Shown here: piece after piece, positions 59,318 through 64,000 of the stretch | Layout of the letters: every line of letters begins with the position of its first letter | Numbering within the stretch: the stretch's first letter is position 1 | DNA from: Andalucia godoyi And28 | Lineage: Eukaryota > Protista > Jakobida | Assembly: GCA_009859145.1 (NCBI GenBank) | Contig: VRVR01000016.1 | Coordinates: 311,356-375,355, forward strand | Direction of reading: 5' to 3' | DNA: 64,000 nt | Notes under the pieces: model-generated | Seen by the model: the letters and a program-made list of their open reading frames with translations, nothing else | Databases searched by the model: none | Told to the model about the DNA's origin: nothing | Made by a program: the position numbers and the translations under genes

Positions 59318-61177
59318 ATGGATGACGATCCGTCGCATGTGACGAAATCCATGTCAAAAGCACCAGGTAGTTTTGGCAGGACTGCATCCTCAAGTTCTGT
59401 ACAGCGACTTGGATTGCTGGGGATTTCAGAGGATGATATGGTCTACATGATTGATGATAAATTCCCGGAGAACATGGCAGACCTGCGTGCTGTGTTTGAC
59501 AATGATGTAGAAAACATCCTTCGACGGTCTTTTGCCCGGACTGCCCTGTCTCATAAAGCAATTGAGCAGCTCAAGGTTGAAACTCCGTCTTTCCGACAGT
59601 ATATGGAACACTCCGAAGCTGCGAATTGTAATTCATCGGGCGATGACAGCGGCATGCACGCATCGCGCAAACCTTTCTGTTTGCCATCTGAAAAGTACAT
59701 TTCCTGGGATGTAGATCAGGCATATGAGATTCTTGAGTATGAATTTACAGCAGAAGATGATGCTTTCTTGGCTCAGTGCTGTCGTGCGTGCAATTCTTCA
59801 TCAAGCTCTTCTTCTTCGTCGTCGTCGTTGTTTGCATCGTCGTCCGCTCCGTTGGCGAGTGCTCAGTGTCCACATAAGAGTCCAATGTCGCTTCGCTCTT
59901 CGGCAAAACACGCTGCTGCTGCATCTTCGACCCCTTCGATTCGTCGGTGTCGTTCGAGCACAGAAAACGAGGCGCTGGCCGCTGCCGAAGCGCCCGTCAC
60001 GATGTCTGAAGATGTGTTTGAGTTCCTGATGGCCTTGTTCGAAAGAGAGTACTTGGACTGGGGATTGCAAGAGGAACAGGATATGGGAAAGAGCATGCGG
60101 ACTGCAATGGAAGACGACGTGCGCTGCTGCATCTGCAACGATGGCGCGTCCGCAGAGGGGAATGACATTCTTTTCTGCGATGGATGCAATTGCGCGGTGC
60201 ATCAGAGATGTTACGGAGTGTTGGATCTTCCTCCGGATGGCGTTCCCTGGTTTTGTGATCGATGCAGGGATCCAAACGCCCCCTATGTACGATGTGCATT
60301 TTGCCCCTCCCAACTGGGTGCGTTTAAACGGACAGTTTCACATGCCGTTGGCGCTCGATGGGCCCATGTATCGTGTGCGTTGTGGCTCCCCGAAATATAC
60401 TTCAAGGATGATGAGAATGTTTGCGACATTGCAGGATTAAATCACATTGATCCGGATCGCCGAGAGTTGGTTTGCATGTTTTGTCGCTCTACCAGTGCAC
60501 CGTTTAGTGCGTGCATACAGTGTGCGTGTGGCAAATGCTGCAATGCGTTTCATGTCTCTTGTGCCTTGGAAAAGGGGATTCCCATGTGGGAAGACAAGTC
60601 TGGAGTCAGGAAAGCGTTCTGTCCGCATCATGCTAGTTCTGCCCCGAGTCAGTTTCGAGACCGAACGGGAAGTGCCCACGTCGGGCATGGTTCCGGCTCG
60701 GAAAGACTGACCAAGCGATTGAAAGAAACTCGATCTGCGGTGCAAAGCGAGATTCATGAATTTTTGCTTCATCCAAAACGGAGAATGCAATTCCACGTTC
60801 CAACATCCGTTCGGACGTATACAAGAAAACAGCTCTTCGAAATTATCGACCTCGTTTACGAGTACTGGAAGCAACGAAAGCAGACGCCAGAAGCAGTCGC
60901 ACGGCAAAAAGAAATCGACGAACAGGCCAAGCGAAATGCAGAGCGAGAGAAACTGCGCATTGTCCGCGTCGAGCTCGAGCATTTGCGAATCCTCTGTGAC
61001 TGTCTCTTACGCCGCGAAAGAAGGAAGCGAGAGCTGGCGAGAGTCCGCTTGTCGATTGCACTTCATGAGATGGACATGTACGAGGAATTGATTGGAAGTC
61101 CTACTTCTGCGCGTTCAAGTGCTGGGAATCTCTTCACCCCTCCCACAGCAAAAAAGTCCAGGAGGCGCATGTATTGA
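59318..61177 (+). CDS. BRPF/JADE/Nto1-like HAT-complex scaffold (EPc-like region, PHD, Zn-knuckle/ePHD)
   Basis: YEFTAEDDAFL and FEFLMALFERE (EPL1-like); CCICND...ILFCDGCNCAVHQRCYG...WFCDRC; CAFCP..GAFKRT...WAHVSCALWLPE...FHVSCA...FCPHH; VYEYWKQRK. Confidence 0.87.
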   Translation: MDDDPSHVTKSMSKAPGSFGRTASSSSVQRLGLLGISEDDMVYMIDDKFPENMADLRAVFDNDVENILRRSFARTALSHKAIEQLKVETPSFRQYMEHSEAANCNSSGDDSGMHASRKPFCLPSEKYISWDVDQAYEILEYEFTAEDDAFLAQCCRACNSSSSSSSSSSSLFASSSAPLASAQCPHKSPMSLRSSAKHAAAASSTPSIRRCRSSTENEALAAAEAPVTMSEDVFEFLMALFEREYLDWGLQEEQDMGKSMRTAMEDDVRCCICNDGASAEGNDILFCDGCNCAVHQRCYGVLDLPPDGVPWFCDRCRDPNAPYVRCAFCPSQLGAFKRTVSHAVGARWAHVSCALWLPEIYFKDDENVCDIAGLNHIDPDRRELVCMFCRSTSAPFSACIQCACGKCCNAFHVSCALEKGIPMWEDKSGVRKAFCPHHASSAPSQFRDRTGSAHVGHGSGSERLTKRLKETRSAVQSEIHEFLLHPKRRMQFHVPTSVRTYTRKQLFEIIDLVYEYWKQRKQTPEAVARQKEIDEQAKRNAEREKLRIVRVELEHLRILCDCLLRRERRKRELARVRLSIALHEMDMYEELIGSPTSARSSAGNLFTPPTAKKSRRRMY

Positions 61178-61246
61178 GGAAGGTGAGCAACAAGAACAGC
61201 AAAAAACAAGAACAGCAACCAAGTACATTGAGAACGTAAACAAGAA

Positions 61247-62143
61247 CTAGAAGATGTAAAGACGCGCAAGGAACAATGCTGCCCAGAGCGCTCCCAATAT
61301 CCGAATTCTCTGTTCCACTTTGGCGATCGAGTCAGATGCGCGGGAAACGACTGGAAGATGGACAGGGACATCTGGATTCTCCGCAGCGGAGACCGAAGCC
61401 GCGACGGCGCTTGCGGAAGGAGCGTCTTCAATAACTGTGGATTCCAACGGAACCCCAGGCTGGCTAATCGTGGAGCCAACAAAACCTCGGAGACCGTTGT
61501 CAGCACCATCGGCATCGGCATCGGCATTGGCATTAGCATCGGCATCGGCATCGCCAACTCCATCGGCATCCCCGTCAGATACAGACGAGGGAGCAAGAAT
61601 GCTAAATGGAACAGGCTCCACAGGACCGGACGAAGACGACGCGATGCCAGAAGCCCACTCAGTCTTGATCTTTCCGCATTGTGGACAAGAGAAGCTCGTG
61701 CTGTCCGCTGCGTACCGACGACGAATTTCATCCGGGCAGTTCATAGCACCAATGGATCCCTGATCGGTTTCAGGAAGCATCGACACCAAAGCGACCATTG
61801 CAGTCTGTATGCCCCAGGACGGCTGCCAGTGCTCCGGGTGATAATTGCTAATGCTCAAACAGATCTTTTTCCCCACCTCAAAGCGACCCGAGGGAGTAAG
61901 GAAGATGAAGGATGGTGGCTTGAAAGGATATTCTTCAGGAAGGATCATTCTGCCATGGTAGAATCCGCCTTCATATACAGTATCAGGCGGTCCTCTGAGC
62001 GTAAAGTGCCACTCAAACAAATTATCATCCAGTGGTTCAATATGAAAATCCGGACTTGGGGAGGCGCGGAGTTCTGCAAGTTCACGCATCAGTCGTTTCA
62101 CCGACGGAGATTTCGGATTCCAGCTGGAACCAGCGCGTTCCAT
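61247..62143 (-). CDS. UBE2J1: Tail-anchored ubiquitin-conjugating enzyme E2 J1 (Ubc6 family)
   Basis: VKRLMRE, DNLFEWHFTLRGP, YPFKPP, TPSGRFEVGKKICLSISNYHPEHWQPSWGI; C-terminal TM helix. Confidence 0.9.
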   Translation of the reverse strand: MERAGSSWNPKSPSVKRLMRELAELRASPSPDFHIEPLDDNLFEWHFTLRGPPDTVYEGGFYHGRMILPEEYPFKPPSFIFLTPSGRFEVGKKICLSISNYHPEHWQPSWGIQTAMVALVSMLPETDQGSIGAMNCPDEIRRRYAADSTSFSCPQCGKIKTEWASGIASSSSGPVEPVPFSILAPSSVSDGDADGVGDADADANANADADADGADNGLRGFVGSTISQPGVPLESTVIEDAPSASAVAASVSAAENPDVPVHLPVVSRASDSIAKVEQRIRILGALWAALFLARLYIF

Positions 62144-62386
62144 GATTTGCAAAGCGACAACAGAAAAAGCTTATTAAAAATGGGGTGGGAGAGTGAGATT
62201 TGCACAATACATTAGTTAAAATAGACAACAGCAATACGCGTTCGAACAACTATCGGGAAAGCACAAAAAGGAAGATTAAAAAAACAAAAGGGCTCTCCAT
62301 CTCCGAGAGATCAGGAATGAAACACGTGGTCGAAATTTGTCGAGTGTTGCGTGACGTTACATGACCTTTCCCACGTGGGTGTGACG

Positions 62387-62930
62387 CGCCTACAATATAC
62401 ACTGAACATGCATATATATACGAATAGACATGTATATTCAGTCTTGCATCCCGTTTCCGGGAAGGGGATAGGCCCCAGCACGCCTCTCGGCATTCTTCAG
62501 ATAGATGTTCCGCGCTCCGTTCCCAATCTCGATCAATCGGTGAGCCACGTTCTCAGCGTGACACGTGGTTCTTGAGAAGGGTGCATTTTGAGTCTGGCGG
62601 CCCTAGCTGCAGGCGTAGTGACACGTGGTCTCTTAGTAGGTCTGCGGGACCTAGGAGGCCCTGTATCGAGCGGCGTAGCGTCATCCGTGCGCGCTCACGC
62701 CCATATTTGAATTAATAAAGTGGAACCAACGAATGATAGAATAGATGGCTATGGATGCTGCGCTAAAGAGTGTCGAAAATGCAGAGCCTGTGTCACAGGC
62801 TGAATTCTGGCCGAGCGTGCGTAAGCACGAATTCCTGTGAAGCAAACGTGCTACTGTCGGCCAGTGTCGACCGTGTCTGTTTATATATACTTCCTTCCGT
62901 ATGCATGCCAATGACGTGTTATTATTAAAC
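62387..62930 (+). repeat. Dispersed repeat, long copy (homologous to 31452-31705); possible non-autonomous element
   Basis: Three blocks shared with the short copy, plus an internal segment of about 300 bp and a 36-bp insertion; ends in GTGTTATTATTAAA. Confidence 0.85.
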
Positions 62931-62994
62931 GGTTTGCGGGCAGACGGAATACAGGCGACTTGCTGCAGCAGAGAGCGCACATAGAAAAAACAAG

Positions 62995-63639
62995 ATGGAC
63001 CAGTCCAAAGGACTGGAGGTGAGGAGATGGTCTGTGAGTCACACAGAGGGAATACTGTCGTCTGCGCGTAATTCGGAGGAAATCTCAAGAAATCTGCTGA
63101 ACAATGCGTTCTTGTCCGACGAGCAGCTTGGAGTTGTGCTGCAGAAGTGTCCGCCGGAAGTCGCATTGGAAGTGCTGGTATCGCATACATGCTGGAGAAA
63201 TCGAGCCATTCTGGCATCTTTCGTCGTCGCTGGTTTGGGTGGTGATGGTGCCAGGGAAGGTGGTGATGGGAGCGCAGCAGACCCGCTGATGCGTCTTCAG
63301 ATCGAGACAGCAGCGCGACTGGTCCAGCAAGCGGACCAAACTTCCCGCAGCTCCATGTTACTACGATTGTCGGTTCTCGCTCCGCATTACCCAGATGCAC
63401 TGACTATCCTTAAGGAATGCCGACTGTCTGCACAGGATGCTGCGGACGTCTCAGACATGTGCCTTCTCTATTTCAGGTGGTATGCACTGTCGCTAGTCAA
63501 CAACAGTCTACACGTCGAAGAAGCTGAGCTGCACAATCGCAGGGAACTGCTGTGTGCCAAGAAAAATACCAGCGTGCTGTTCGCCGCCCTGCTCGCATCC
63601 TATCCACACCAAACAACCGACACAATCGAAAAGGCGTAG
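62995..63639 (+). CDS. Hypothetical helical protein (214 aa)
   Basis: ATG ORF, Leu-rich helical pattern; no motif recognised. Confidence 0.55.
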   Translation: MDQSKGLEVRRWSVSHTEGILSSARNSEEISRNLLNNAFLSDEQLGVVLQKCPPEVALEVLVSHTCWRNRAILASFVVAGLGGDGAREGGDGSAADPLMRLQIETAARLVQQADQTSRSSMLLRLSVLAPHYPDALTILKECRLSAQDAADVSDMCLLYFRWYALSLVNNSLHVEEAELHNRRELLCAKKNTSVLFAALLASYPHQTTDTIEKA

Positions 63640-63707
63640 TTTACCGAATCCAAGTCGAAGTCCAAAAAAGAAAAAAAGGGGAGAAAAAAAGACACATTCA
63701 ATTTCAA

Positions 63708-64000
63708 TTATTCTTTCTGTTGCCCACTGGACTTTGGGCTTGCGGCAACTATCCTTTCCAAGAATGACTGAAAAGGCTCGAGAGACCAATCCTTGTAGAC
63801 TACCCACAGGGATCCGTCGTCCGAAAATCGGACTTCCACCATCACGCCCTCTACAGAGTATGCTCCGGGAGATTTGCGGGAAACAGACATGCTAAATGGG
63901 ATTTCGGCCTTTCTTAGAAACCGCATCAGCGCTGTATCTAGTGGATCGTCGGGATGCAAATAGGGATATTGCAAATGGGAGCGAACTTCGGCTAATTCCA
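63708..64000 (-). CDS. 5'-partial gene ending in a degenerate GAR/GAS2-like domain
   Basis: Frame is open to the window edge. DDPLDTALMRFL...SRKSPGAYSVEG...EVRFSDDGSLWV...FQSFL follows the spacing recalled for protist GAR-like tails but lacks VGGG. Confidence 0.45.
   Translation of the reverse strand, partial: ELAEVRSHLQYPYLHPDDPLDTALMRFLRKAEIPFSMSVSRKSPGAYSVEGVMVEVRFSDDGSLWVVYKDWSLEPFQSFLERIVAASPKSSGQQKE

Overview
Gene-dense, intron-poor eukaryotic DNA from a flagellated protist. The style is jakobid-like (Andalucia-type), but that is inference only. It carries about 36 protein-coding genes, mostly single-exon. The five introns I can reconstruct are 131-171 nt, begin GTAYGT or GTATGA, and each lies near the 5' end of its gene. 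Recognisable genes: mL54, LYRM, POT1-like, CEP131, ALG6, BRCC36-like+BAH, HutD/Ves, DIS3L2, ALIX/BRO1, NME5, a large FG-GAP/GCC2-GCC3/multi-TM receptor, GSK3, SCCPDH, PNGase, SRPRA, SEC61A, ARP6, penta-EF-hand, lipase 3, NAA50-like, B9D1, an Arf-like pseudo-GTPase, an SPFH/major-vault-repeat hybrid, SppA, Zn2Cys6-PAS, a BRPF/JADE-like PZP protein and UBE2J1. I recognised no rRNA, tRNA or CRISPR. Most notable: (1) a stomatin-like SPFH protein with about five vault-type repeats inserted, head-to-head with an S49 protease; (2) a palindrome-rich dispersed repeat in two copies 31 kb apart; (3) a JAMM deubiquitinase fused to a BAH domain; (4) a bacterial-type HutD gene beside a decayed ORF; (5) a PNGase whose conserved C-terminal motif appears to continue in the +1 frame. 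All family assignments come from recalled motifs, not database searches.
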